This document shows, one piece after another, positions 1-13,717 of a stretch of DNA of 64,000 nucleotides (its first letter is position 1; every line of letters starts with the position of its first letter). The notes under the pieces were generated by a model, which ran no database searches, had not been told where the DNA came from, and saw only the letters and a program-made list of their open reading frames with translations. A program made the translations under genes and the position numbers. The DNA comes from Fimbriosthenelais zetlandica (lineage: Eukaryota): positions 59,582,001 through 59,646,000 of the forward strand of contig OZ365109.1 in assembly GCA_977030845.1 (NCBI GenBank), given 5' to 3'.

Positions 1-3000
1 TCACCTTGTTAAGTGAATAACAGTTTGTAAACTGGCACAACATTATTGACAATCTATTTGCATCATACATGTAGATTATATTTGGATCTAGTAACTTTCC
101 ATCTTCTCCACTTGCTCCTACACATTTGGGATATCTTTAATTAAAATACAATTAAAATACTGCATAGGACAGCTAGGTCATTCCATTCACAATCGCTGAC
201 ATAGAACAGAACTTAGCAAGATCAATATCAAAATTAAATTAATGAGTTACACGTAAAAATGTCAGCTTGCAACTTAAGGCAATCTGACTCGGGGAAATAA
301 CCAGTGTTATTTCGGTTATTCTTTCAAATGGGAGGAGAATTAGTTTCCCCAAACTGGATTTGTATTCTCAAAAACCCATCCCAATTTTGAGGCATGTTAA
401 GAGCATCAAATGAGAGCTGAGCCAGGCTCAGACCTTCTCAGAACTGACCAAGCTTCCCATGCTGGCACCTGAAAAACCTGATCAAACCAGGACCAAAGAT
501 AATTGGCTTTCATCATCCCAAATTTCAACCACCTGGGTACATCAATTCCTGTCTATGATTACCTTTAGGCTTGACCATACACCAGGGTCAGTCATAGGGA
601 TAATTTACATAAGGGTCAGTCACGGGCATTCTGGTCATTAGGTTCCCTCTACATTTTTCCTTGTTTCCTTCAGGGATAAAAAATGTAGGGTAAAAAGCAA
701 GATGATGAATACCATAGTAGAGTCCATATGACATGAAGATTGATTCAATGTTTTGTATCGTTCTATGCCAGTAATCACCAATGGCCGCTTTAGAACATAT
801 TTCAAAGAATACTGGATCATGTATTTATCATTCTATTCACAAAATAATTATGGCCCATATTAGAGTTTTTGCTGGCGCATAATGGACAATGCAATTTCCC
901 AGAGAATGTACCAGTCAGTCGTGCAAGCATATGAGTCATACATCAATGTCTATGTGCCAGTTTATTCGGAAATTAACCAAGGAACTGTTTTTTCTCTGTC
1001 CTTACCCTCCACAACCGGATTTCATTATAAGTTGTGCTCATTTTAGCTGGTCCAGCACTTCCTGGAACCATTCCCCAGCTAAAACCCGGTGAACTGCATT
1101 AATACCCAGCACTTAACATCACACGTTCTCTTGTATTCAGACCTTGAGCATGTATCAATAGAAACATCCAGTGCTGGAGGGGTGCTGACCAGGTATTTAC
1201 CTTAAAGTGTTTCTACTCTGTAGTATATTTTCTTCTGAAATCCTCTCAACGGGGGTTAGCTATAAGAAAGTCTTCAATATTGAGTGTTATCTGTCAGTAT
1301 GTTGCCTTTGGATGTGTCAATGCCACTTTTCGCATTATGTCCATGTGTTTTGGTCTGAGTCCAACTCAAAGAGTTGCTCTGTGTTATTAGTTACATCAGT
1401 AATTGGAAGGCTTAGGCCTAAGCTTAATTTTGCTCATCATGTATTGGCTATATCACTGAACTGCATCCCAATCTCCCCTTAAGCTTAGTCACAAGCTGAG
1501 TATAGTAATATCTCATTTACTTTACACTTACTTATAAATTCAATAAAACCGAGTTGTCATCAAAGGGGACCATCAATCACCTCCAGCTGATACACCCTGT
1601 GGTATAAAATATGAAATTAACTTGTCATGAGCTAATTATTTAAAGATTGGAAACACAAGGCCATACAATTCTCTAGTCTATTATCATCAGGCTGCAGGTC
1701 TGGGCTGGTGTCGTGCTGGTCTAAACAATGGCCATCTGTTCTGACATTATAAAATATATAGCTGAAACGTGTTAGCGAAAGTGAAAGGGCAGTTCCATGG
1801 GCACAGTTTCAATTAACCATATGAAACTGGCCATCACGAGAATGCTTGCTTGGATGGACCCATCAATCATTCAATGAATGACTGCATCAATATTCAGTAT
1901 GAGAGAGGAGGTAGGTATACAGGGACAACGTGTTTAGTGGCAGCAAACAGGGTCAGTCCCATATATACATTTAAAAGCTAGAGAAAGATCACTTATGTAT
2001 ATGTGTAATAAGATGAATGGTATACAACCAACCTTCATTTTTACATACGTTTACATTTAAAATGGTAGGAGGAAACATTCTATCGATTATGCACACAAAC
2101 TGGCCTCATGATGGAGGGCATTGAGAAGCAATGGTGGCGTGTGGGCCTCTTGTGTCCCTTTAGTTGAGAATGGCCCGGACTTCTAAAAGATTGCTCCAGT
2201 GGATCCAACACATGAAGAATCTAATGAGAACCTGTGGCGCTATCTTTGAGACTACGTGCCTCATTGATGAGAAAGGGCGAGGGGCAATTCTTCTAACGCA
2301 AACTCAAGCAGGCAGCTTTATTTTAGCATTCTAGGTTTGATAGACTTGCTGTCGAGCAATTGACGGGTCGACTAGTGGACATACTAACTAGTGAACATAG
2401 CAAGAATTGTTGGGGTATTTCATAATAGAGAAATCATCATAATATAGAGAGAGGTCATCATTCAGAAGTGAAAGGCATAGATACATAAGTATAAACATAA
2501 TACAAAATTATTACATATAGCACATGATAATTATATAAGCCATCTATTCATGCAAAAATAAATTTCAGAATTTGAAAAGATCCAGGTATATTATGAAGAC
2601 TCTTCGGCGAGCCTCAGTGGCTTCTGGGAAGATATCTCTATCCTGCCTTCAGGCGATGGCCAACTAGCATTTATCCTTTACAAATAGTTCATTAGTAGAT
2701 GGACTGGATGCGTATATAGCAAGAAATTATAGCTCCCATACACTATATATATACATCATATAAGATGCATCAACGCTACTCCGGCTTAGTGCTATATACA
2801 TTAAGAGCTCAGATTGGGTATAATATTATATTCATGTTTCCCATTTTCAATTCCATCTTTCCTTTGAAATGTTAGGGAAATGTTAGGGAAATGAAGTAAA
2901 ATTAAAGAAAGAGACATCTTAGATGTCTCATATATATATCCCTTCCAGCCATATACTGTAGTTATGGAAGCTAGGGAAAGACAGAACCAATTCATGTCCT

Positions 3001-6000
3001 TTCATTCTTAGTTCACAAACGCGCTTTTAACACCTTTTCGGTGATTATTTAAAATGCAATGATTATTTTTAAATGCCCCATGACGTTATCGCAACGCATT
3101 GTCCCGCAATGCGATAGAAGCAACGCGCTGTATGTCTGTTTCTTTAGATCCGAGGCAAAGGACTAGGCCCTCATTTATGCCATCCCAACTCCCTCGGTAA
3201 CTAGTTTTCACATGCATACAAAAAACTTCCACCGATTTTTCTATGTAAAGAATTGCTTCGAACTGAGCAAATTCTGTTCCTCCACTCTGTCTGACTTCAT
3301 TTAATCGATGCAGCCGATATAGAACTTGATGTGGTAAATCACATTAAAGATGGTATCCCAGTTTATTGCATTTGAGCTGGGCAATATATCTATTGGGGTC
3401 CCCAAAGAAGCCCAGAGAATCGTAATGGGACGCCATATTTTAATCACAGGCGCACACCTTCAGAGGCGGAGTAATTCGATAACAGCATGCAACATCATGT
3501 TTCATTTGGATAATATGTGTATCAAGGGGGACTTCCTAAGGCTACATTCATATTTTGCCCAGACAAGTCGGCTCATTACTGTTCCCTGAATTCCATTGAA
3601 GTAGCCCATTGGCACTGTAAAATATTAATGCTTATATTTCTTTCGCTACAATGTCATTTATGGGACAGAATATAATCTACTATTGAGCGCCTTGGTTGCG
3701 TCTGCATGGAAAATAGCAGAATTCTTTAAATGGATCCATCTGTAATGGGGATGGAAATTATTTACAATGTGACAAGGGATACAGCAATGAGCATCGTTAT
3801 ATATTTTAATACCACTGCGCCCACATTGTATGCTTCATGGCTGCAGGTTACTAATAAAATTAATGTATAAGCTTATAATAATTTACGTCAAAGATAGGCG
3901 ATATTATTCCAACTGCGGATAATTGAGAACATCCTCTTCGGGTGTCCTTCCATGCACAGCAGCGTTTCTCCTATTTATCCCCAATGGATTGTCTCTAAGA
4001 AATATTGTTCGAAGAAAGCTTAATGGAAGGCCTATTTACGACCGCGTGTAATTGGATCAGATCTCTCAAACAACTGATGTTTCTTCTGTGTACTTTTGTT
4101 CCATTTCTCTGCTAAACCATTTTGGTGGGAACGACAAAGAACATTGCTTTTTACATGTATGAAAGGGGAGATTTATACCAGCTACCAATTGTTGCTGCCT
4201 GTGTATAAATCATTTAAGATAACCATACGGTCAAACACAAGTAGCCCGAAAGGGGATTTATACGTCTGTCAGTGAAATTACAGAGACTTCTCTGATTCAT
4301 TCCCTCCAGAGTGGCTCAACAAGCTTGAGAATTTATAACTGGAGGGAATTTCTACTTTGGCGTGGGCAGGATGTCTTTCAAGTCATCCGTTCCAAGAGCC
4401 TCAAGTTTAGCGATGAGATTCAAGCGTCTCAGTCGCTATATGGGATGTATGAATACTGACAGGGAAGAGTGGTTGTCAAAGGGAGGTGCTTGATCTGGCT
4501 TCATCAGGCCGAGAACACGGTGTTGGCAGACTGGCAAGCCCGTCTCCCGTCACTCCTCAACTCTTACTATTGCATTCCCACCCCACCTCTCCACATTTGA
4601 ATATCCCTCCTACAAACATGGTGAAAAGGGCAGCTGTCAAGTGTGATATAGAGACTGATAGCTCTCTGTTTTCTTCCCGACTTTAACGCTCAGTATCAGA
4701 GCTCTGACACATCCTGTGGCCTTCCTCTAAAGGGTAACTTGTAATTTCACAAGGTTGTTTGATATTAGGCTTTTCCATTGTGTAAACATATACAAGTCAT
4801 GTAGTATAGAAATGCGTAATGTGGGATTTCATAAAAAAACACTGAAAATACAAATAGCATTACAATGTACCGCATTATGTTTGGAAATCCAGAGTCGTCG
4901 CCAAATCCATGGGTCTGTTTCAGAACAACCATTAGCAATGCTAAGTCAGTGGGCAATTTTTACGCTGAAACGGGCCCCCCTGGTTCTCACGACGAGGCAA
5001 GTATCATCTATAATATGGAAGATTCCTGCATGGTTTTCTGGGCCCACTGCCTAAACTAATGTCACCTGAGTGGTTTGTGTGCATGTGTCCAAATCTGGTC
5101 CTTGATTCATAACCCTGATGATGACCAAGCCCAGCCTCAGCTGGCATACTAATCATAGCTATAGATCGTCGGGAAGTTTACACTTCTGCTTCCCGCCGAC
5201 CAACAGAGACTGCAGCAAGCCCCGGATAAGTCACAAACCAAATCCAACCTCCCCTAACTCACTGTAGAAGATGAAATGCTCCCAATCCGCAACCACAAAT
5301 ACCAATTCAGGTTTTATTTCTTTAATCTAGAGACCTAACATATGAAGATTAGATGATATTTATAGGCCCAAGGGCAATGGCATATATCTTATACTGGCTT
5401 AAATCAGGATATAGACGGCATCGGAGGTGAGGGTTGGTACTTTTTGGCTGGATAGTTTTTGATTGGTGAAGTTTGGGCGATAATGATTCATTGACCCCTG
5501 GGTTTTCTTGACCCATGGCTACTCTGGATGGACCACGCCCTTTAGGGGCTTCTGTGGACTCCCAATGGAAACCCGGGTGCCAAAATACATGTCACCGTCC
5601 TCTCCATAGTGTGCCTGGAAAGTGGCCTTAACAGAGCAACTTGAGAGAAGTGAGGTCACAGCAGAGCAGAGCTATAATAAAATTCAACAAGGGCCTTTCC
5701 TTTACTGTCCACTGTGGAAATGTCCTCAGAATAACGTCCGAGCCGCCTAATATTGACCCTTCCCTCTCACAGCCTCCCACTGTATTAGCCATGGAAACCG
5801 TAGCCCTCCTGTACCAGTCCTGTCACATCAACGGCTACAGAAACATTCAACCCCTGAAAAAGGCAAATATAATGTGATTCCCAGTCTTTGGTTACATGTT
5901 ATTTGATTCAATTATAAGTAAGGTGGGCACGTCTTGATGTGTATTTATTATTTCGTCCTGACAGTCCTTCTACATGGTGAAGTTCCTCTCCCTGTTTTCT

Positions 6001-9000
6001 ATATTGATTTCTGTCATCCACCCACAAGTATTTGGAGAGAAAAAAATGCTCATGGGACAAACCGATTTGTCAATAAGGTCGGAATGTAGGTCGTACATAG
6101 TTTGACAAGCGTATCTGCAAAGGTGTTTTCTTTAGGGAGGAGGGTTTTCATGGATAGAAACACAGATAAAAACGCTCTATCTCCTAGAAATCAGCAGCAA
6201 CATCTTGAAGCTGATATCCTTAGAATATAGATATTAGCAGCTTTTTGCTCCATTTGTCATTCGGCATTTGCCTGAGTTTTCCCCCATATAAATATATCAT
6301 ATTTAAAACAGTACATTGAGATTCTGTTTTCTATAAACTTACATGTATGCTCAAAATATTCACTTTTGGTATTTTTCAGGTGAGTCCTATTTTCCTGGAG
6401 TAATGATGTCAAAGGTAAAATAATCAAGTCAGTCTAAACGCATATTAGTTTTTAAGTATTTTATGTGCCACACATGATTTATGCGTAGATGTATGTCCAT
6501 AAACACAAAGGCCTTATACATAATATGCCTGTTTCCTCCACAAACTGCTTGTGTCCTCGCCAGTAATGCTTCGGATACCATTAGCACCCCCTGTCTTCAT
6601 CTTTGCTTTATCAGGACCAATTTATCGGCCATCATATACTATAAACTCTCTGCTATTACATGTCAATTGTATACAGTAGCTCGCCCAATGGCCCTCACGA
6701 GTATTGGTACGCCTGAGGGGCGTCTGAGGCAGTGAAAGCACTGGAGGGTTTGCTTCTTCTAAAGACGCCAAATTCCCATTTTCCCAATGCAAAGATGTCC
6801 TTAAGTGATGGTTCATTCGTGGCCCGGGCTGTGATTGAGTACGTGGCGATATTCTTATCTCCTGGGGGGTCTGCGAATCAAAGTAGGAAGGTTCCTTGAA
6901 AGACGCACTAAATCTAACCCAGAAATCGCAGATCACGAAGGCATGTCATATTTTCAATATTGAAGCCAAAACCAGCTGTCAAAACGCTGGGATATTTATT
7001 AGTTGTGACCTAGAAAAGGTGATTACTTGTGTATCTTTGGATTTTGGATAAATATTTTCAGGGAAGGAATATGGAAAGATATTGTCACTTGACATTGTTC
7101 CGAAATTCAAGGGGCCTGCACATAATTTTCATAGCACCGATTGCTCTTTTATTGTACTGATTGCTCTTTACATCCCTTGAAAAAAATGAGTAGCCTACAT
7201 GCAGGTCTTCTTCAAGTGTTGTATTTAGTCTTTGAAAAAATATCCATGGACAAAATTGCTTTACTGAATGATTATGACTTTGCTGTCCTCCTTTAAGGGA
7301 AATCTTCCATTCCTCAAAATTTAATTTAAAGCCAAAGACAATGATATTGTTCCCTGACAACAAATGTTACGAGTATCCGCATATATATTACATACAGTAA
7401 TCATACTTTAATTAAGACATTGAAGGTTCCTACTGTGAGATAATAGGAGTGAAGAGTACAGAGTGATTGCCTCAATGGAGAACATATTATCAATTCATAA
7501 TCATCCATCAATGTTAGATATTCACAGCTCCCCCCGGTCACCTCTCATTTTGATTCATTATACCCATGCACCCTGACAAATACCCAAGATATGTAAATTA
7601 GAAAATGGCTCTGGAATCCCTTGTGGCGATCCGTCAATCAGATCTTCTTCGACCATTTACATAGGCTACAGCAGTTGAATTCCCATCCCTACCATGCCTT
7701 AGTCTTGGAGCAAAACATTTCATTGTAATCTGCTTTAAAAGAACCACTTTTTTATTCATAAAGGTATTGAATTCACACTAAGGCACTCTTTTAATTTTCG
7801 TGTCGCTTCCATTGATGGTACATTAGTGATCTAAGAGTAGGTAATATGCTTCATGATTTAATTCACGTTCAGACGAGGCGTTAAAAGAGTTTCCCTTTGC
7901 GTGAGAAACACATTATAACAGCAACTTGGAGAAATCTAAGGGAAATGAAATGAAGACCTAAGGGAGAGTTGTCCCCTGGGACTTACTATAGTGATTGATT
8001 ACCTTTCAGTAATCTCATTAACTTAGTGAACTCCAGAGGTTAGGAATGTACCGCTAATTGTTTCGGCCTCTCGCTAGAACCTATAGTGTCGAAAATTGGC
8101 CTTAAATGGCTGAAGGATAATTTTCCAACATATTACCCAAGGCCGTTGCTGCAGCCCCAGACTTTTCTGCTGCACTGACCAATGTTTATGCATTCAAGTA
8201 TTATCTCTGATTCGTTAATTGATTTTTATGGATCGTGCTTTTGTTTGGATGAAGCTGGTGTAGTTTCAAGCACTATTATCAATGATAGATTGAGATGTAG
8301 CACTGTCTAAGCAAAACATTACTCTGAAATTACAAATAGAGAGAGATAGAGCTCAACTTCTGCATCTTCTTAATACATTTTGTCCAATATACTTGGCGTA
8401 ATTCAAACATAAATGTATGCATTGCTATGATTTTAATCCATTTTCTTGGGATCCACTTTTGGTAATTGTATGAGTTTGAGACTTAAACACTGTTTGGTCT
8501 TCTCTCGCCTACACATGTATGATAAATACCTTAAAGTTAAGGATGCAACATAGTCTCAAGGCACAACGTTATACAATAGTGTTTAAAAAATGAAGACACG
8601 TTGAAGGGAAGAATACTTCATCAGCGAGGCACTGCAGGCGGTGGTGTGCAGTGATGCTGTAAAAAATTATGTCCTCTTTTCTGTATATTGTACAGAGACA
8701 TGTCTCCTGAAGTACGTCGAACGACAAGAATATGTTTTTATGGCCAACCTCCTCTGCCTCGGTCTCCTTTGGCATTGGCAACATAGTCCATGGATATGGA
8801 GTGTGCTGTGTCATTCTGATTGGCCCTGTCCGTGAGGTTAGCATCAGTTAGGCATCACCTTTCACCCATACCAGTCAATGTTAGTGAGAGGTAGGGATAG
8901 GTATAGGCCTTCTATATAGGCATGCCTGTCTTGGCGCCATCCAAGGATTGCCGAGAAATCTATAGATTATTGCTAGCATCCCTTACTTGTCCTTGCCGTC

Positions 9001-10359
9001 TGCTGTCAACATGTACAAAGGTTGTGGCATGAGATCAAATGGCTGTATCAACCCGAATCTCATGTCATAATACATGGCCATATGATATCATGTCAATAAG
9101 GTAGGTCTAGCATAAGGACATTCAGGCACTAAATATCCTCCAAAACATATCAGAAACATCTCACTGCATATTATGTGTATAGGATGTTAGTGAAAAGCAA
9201 TTGGTATCAAGTTACCATAGTCAATAATAGGTTTCCAGACAGCTAAAGTGAAATGTATAAGGCCACCAACCTGAATTCAATAGGAAGGATTTGTAAAAGA
9301 ATATCCTAAGAAGAGAAGGCTTCTCCCCTGGCTTGCAAAGCGAGCGACCTTTTTCAGTATCTCGGAGGACTAAACCCCTTTAAGATATCGGAAGCAGCCA
9401 CACCATTTCACCCTTTGTGTGAAGGCCCAATGCAAGGAAAACCTGGGAGTAACTGACCTCAGGGTTTTGGCCTAGGCTCTCTCGGCTTCTCAATCACCAA
9501 GGCTTCAGTTTGTTTATGAGCTTGATGGTCTGGCGCCGTCGGTGGCTTCTTTGTGAGTAGCCAAGGGAATAGGCGTCAAGCAGAAGGAATAACACTTTGG
9601 ACTCGCAAGCTAAGTCCGGCTCTATGTCGCAGCCAGAGGCTTCAAACTGATACCCTTGGATAACAGATGGAACTTTCTTTTCACCAGAGAACCCACCAAG
9701 GACGGCTGAAACAATAGCCAGAATACCACCTGTTCTGTACTAAACTAGTTCAGCTTTCTGCCTGATCAGAAGAGCAGAGGAAACTGTCAGTTGAGCTCGG
9801 CCTTAGTGCATCAATTTTTGCCACTCCTGCCCAATATGCTATTGACATCACTTGCATGCATTATTGATGGCTGAATAAGTGCACAGGGCTCATAACGCCC
9901 AGCCTTTGACCTGAGACAAGCATTCCCATCCCTGTGTCTGTCCAGGGCATAGAGGGCCTGTGCACAGGAATGTGGAGATCAATTCTAACAATAGAATAGT
10001 ACTGGAGCCAGCAGGCTGCCGTGTAGGACACTAACTATTACAGGGTGGGTGACAGTAGTGACACAGGGGGATATCATTGGTGGTTAGTTGTGAGCCCATC
10101 TCAACCCTGCCAGTCTTAGTCCCACACTAGGTGAATGTACCTTAGGGCTTAGTCCTCTGATTAGTCGTAATCATGGAGTACGTGCCTGTGTCACCACTTC
10201 TAGCCGTCCACGCCCGGCCATGTGGCTGGGTGGCCGGATTCTTACATGGGCATTGATTAGCACCAAGCCCGGCAGGAGGATGGCTAATAGCACTCATTTC
10301 TTGTTTACACAGGCCACAGGGAATTAAATACGAGTGCGTGGCAATATCCTGAGTGGGTA

Positions 10360-10655
10360 TAGGCAGAGGCTGGGCCGGCCCAGAGAGCATCTATGTGAGT
10401 CTGTTAATGTGCTACACTCATCCATAGAGTCCACTGGGACTGGCATGAAGGGGGATGGAATGAGTAGGTCTGCAAGACCTTCACCATGTCATGGGGTATT
10501 ACACACATCCTGCAACATACATAAAACCAATAGAAGCTCTACCCGTCTAAACACATTTCTAACACTAGAGTACCAGTTTGTATAAGTGTACTGTGGGTAG
10601 AAACGCTGAACTCCCTATTATGTCCATTACCATGCCATTATTCAACTGGTCCATG
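10360..10655 (+). pseudogene. Eroded LTR-retrotransposon integrase (rve) fragment
   Basis: Motifs in order across frames: RLGRPREHL (~RFG.P.EI.SD), WGITH, HKTNRSSTRLNTFL (~HPQTNG..ERLN.TL), WVETL...HYSTG (~W...L...H.STG). Confidence 0.35.
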
Positions 10656-13648
10656 TTTCAATGTAAGTTGCACGCAATGACGGAGCCTACAAGTGGGCCC
10701 ATTTGTCTTTAGCCTTTAAGTCTGTAAACTTGTTGTGTCTTAATTCTATCATGACAAACGAATGAGCTCGAATGATCACGTTAAGATCCCCGTCCCTACA
10801 CTATTTGGTGCTTTCGCTGGTGGGAGTAAATCTGAGCCGATCTGAGTGGAATCAACACCATTGAGGAATCGGAGCCTGGTAGAGGTGCTCATAATGGGCA
10901 CAAAGCGCGTGATGCTGCCTGATATTTTCTAATACATGACTTAGCCTTGGCCAAGTCGGTGGGCGAATGCCTGGTTCAATCGCCCTCAGACCCCACGCTG
11001 CCGGTGCCTCTTCTGATACTCAAGTCAAGCATGGTAGTGGCATTACTTCCTTGAGAACCCACACTCGCCCTTGGACACTTAAGGCCTCCCATCGACCCCT
11101 GATTTACCCAGCAACCAATGGCCTGGGCAGGCCCTTGCCACGCCTAACTCTATCGTTGAACAGATTTCCGCTGCTCGTTGAACATCTCAACAGTTTCCAA
11201 TGTCTCAAATTTGATTTGATTTTCACGGAGCTGGACTAGCCTTTCCTAGAAGCATCCATTAGCCTGGGTCGATTGGCCATCTAAGGGCTGGAGAGCTGTC
11301 TTGTTCACTGGAGTGAATGCCAGGGGTTTTTGTATGGAAGGTAACTCTGATATTGGCAGAGCTCGCTGCTTTACGATGGGCCTTCCTGCTGTCCAGGCTG
11401 GACAATTCTGTCTTGGCTATAAATACAGCAGTTACAATGTAATGTAGCAGTTCCAAGGCCAATATGCTCTTTTAATGCATCTCTTATCCCAGTGTTATTC
11501 TGTACTTTCATGCACTGCTAGGTCTCTACTCTTCAGAACTACAACAGTAATTTGACTTTGGTTTCTCCATTCAACAAGAAACCAACTATAGAGTTGTTTA
11601 CCATATATATATCTTTGAAACCCTTCCAATGATGAACAGTATGTAATATTCACCAATCAGCCGAGGCTACAAAGTGGATGTAAGGAGATTTCTTGTGGGG
11701 AGATAGTAGCTGAGCTGACAGCTTGCTTACCAAACTTTATGAAGACGCTTGTCTGGCTTCACGCCACTGTCAACCGAGTGACAGGCTTTAGCACATAGCT
11801 TCATCAGCTGTCAGAGGAGCCTAATATTACTCACACAATTGGTCTTCGTGTCGCCTGTAGCCATTTTAGCTGCTTTTCATTTCTCCCCACCCTTGTGGGA
11901 TAGACATTAAAGGATGCTAGACCTATTAAACAAGCCACACTTCCAAGCTGCAGTAAAGCTGCCAGGTCTTCTTGATTATCGTGGATCAGTTATGTCAGTG
12001 TCATGCAAAGCCCCAGGCCTCCTGAGATAGCGAGGAATAGCGCCCCAGAATGTGATTGAAAGACCCATAGGTTTCCCCAGGCGTATCACAGAAAAGCTCT
12101 TATCTCTGACAAAACTTTATGACTAGGTGTGTGGGCCAGTCGTTAGTCGTTAGGGTGCTGGCGGCAGGGAATTATCATTGTCATGCCAACTTTAGGTTAT
12201 ACATCACTGAAATTTGAGTTGGTATAATTCAGTTATAAAGGTTTGCTATTACTTCTACGACATCAGCCATGATCAGAGACAGCTTTCCATAAATTTTGTA
12301 TATTAGGCCTATATATACTTCTTTATGTTTAAATGGGACTACCAGTGAATATTGCCTCAGACATGAACATTTCCTGAAACTCATCAGCTATTTCGATCCT
12401 AGTGAAACACAGATGTTACAATCTGGGCAACTGGTAAATCGACCTGATATTTATTTCCCCGTGCATATAATATAATCGTGTGTTGGCCATTCAGGGTCAC
12501 GTAAAGCAACTCCAATTATACGGGCACTGGCAGTGTCTTTCTGTTAACTGTGAACTATCTGCATTCAAAATGCAGGTTAGCAGTATTTTGTTTTACGAAG
12601 ACTCAATTAAACAATAGATGATGCATGCAAGGATTAAGACTTGACTGTCAGACCTTTAATAACTTTAATGCATGTGAAGCGAACATAGGTTAATAACAGC
12701 TCGCTGCTGCAACGCCTTTCAAGCTGATCATGCTAATGGCTGAAAACACTCCTAGATTTTTTCCTTCTTTTCACAGGGTAATCAATTAATTCCTGTCTCT
12801 GTTCGCCTCAGTATGCCAGTGCCAAACTAAAGGAGCAATTTCCCTGCCAAAGGTTTCCACTAGGAAGCTTATATGGATTTCTACCACCTAATTACCCATA
12901 ATGTGAAAAATGTTGCCTGTTTGGGACAATACGCGTACTTGAATGCTCAAAGCCTAGTTGGCATTTAATGCTGATATATACATCCGATACAGTGAAAAGG
13001 TCAGGGTTCTTTTCAAGTCAGATGTTTTCTAAACTAGTCCCAAAGGTGTGTAGTATAATTTCAAAATGTGTGAAACTCGTGCAAGTCTATTACAATAGTC
13101 GGAATCGTCCGTTCTAGACGTTCAGATTAGCTATAGACCCTTATTATAATACTACCAGGACTAATTACTTCTTTAAAGTTTGTTGAACATTATTGAAAGA
13201 GTGCACTTCAGGCGATTAGCATACAAGATTGAATAAACCTATTAACACAGGTAAATTATTCATAGAACGCTAATTCCTGAAGCACTTTAAGAACTTAATG
13301 CTTGTTCGACGTAACTAAAAAGGACAAGGCAGCGGCAGCGATTGTTTCTTCTATCGTTTCACACAGAAAGTGTCATCAGCTCCTATTTTAAATATGGAAG
13401 GTTAAGTGACACTTCATGTATTAGCTGGTACATGCCTGTCTGCAATTCGCCGATAGTGGTAAAGACTTCCCACAGGCATTACTCATCCTCATTAGAAGTG
13501 GCGAACTATAAATATTTCATAAGTTAACACCTGCCTAATTGGTGGGGACAAGGGGAGGTGAATGTTTAAGGAGTCTGGTAGGCAGTGTTGGGTTTGATGT
13601 GTGTAACATTACACCGTGGAGGAAGCAGGAGGGGTAGGTGGGTGGGCG

Positions 13649-13717
13649 ATGGATCCTCTGATGCTCAGTGAAACGCCTCAGAACCGATCGCCAATAACTA
13701 CACACTGCACACTGGAA
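13649..13717 (-). pseudogene. Isolated C2H2 zinc-finger coding segment
   Basis: FQCAVCSYWRSVLRRFTEHQRIH has exact C-x2-C-x12-H-x3-H spacing with F at -2 and the HQRIH ending. It lies within ORF 13535-13813. No neighbouring fingers. Confidence 0.4.

Noticed and set aside
459-641. WVHQFLS...TPGSVIG resembling LINE RT W..FLS/PQGSVLG
   Set aside because: Only two short, closely spaced words; too weak to call.
1030-1190. Minus-strand TCDVKC...GF*LGNGSRKC resembling a sushi/CCP domain
   Set aside because: In-frame stops, wrong spacing, and the tryptophan and final cysteine are missing.
3300-5640. Several long frames with few stops that read protein-like (e.g. IDAADIELDVVNHIKDGIPVY, GQWHISYTGLNQDIDGIGGEGWYF), considered as a decayed endogenous virus
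   Set aside because: No viral hallmark motif was recognised, and such semi-open frames are expected when scanning six frames of 64 kb.
11259-12050. Minus-strand RT/RNase H-like words (LELLHYIVTAV, KCGLFN)
   Set aside because: Needs many frameshifts, and no catalytic motif is preserved.
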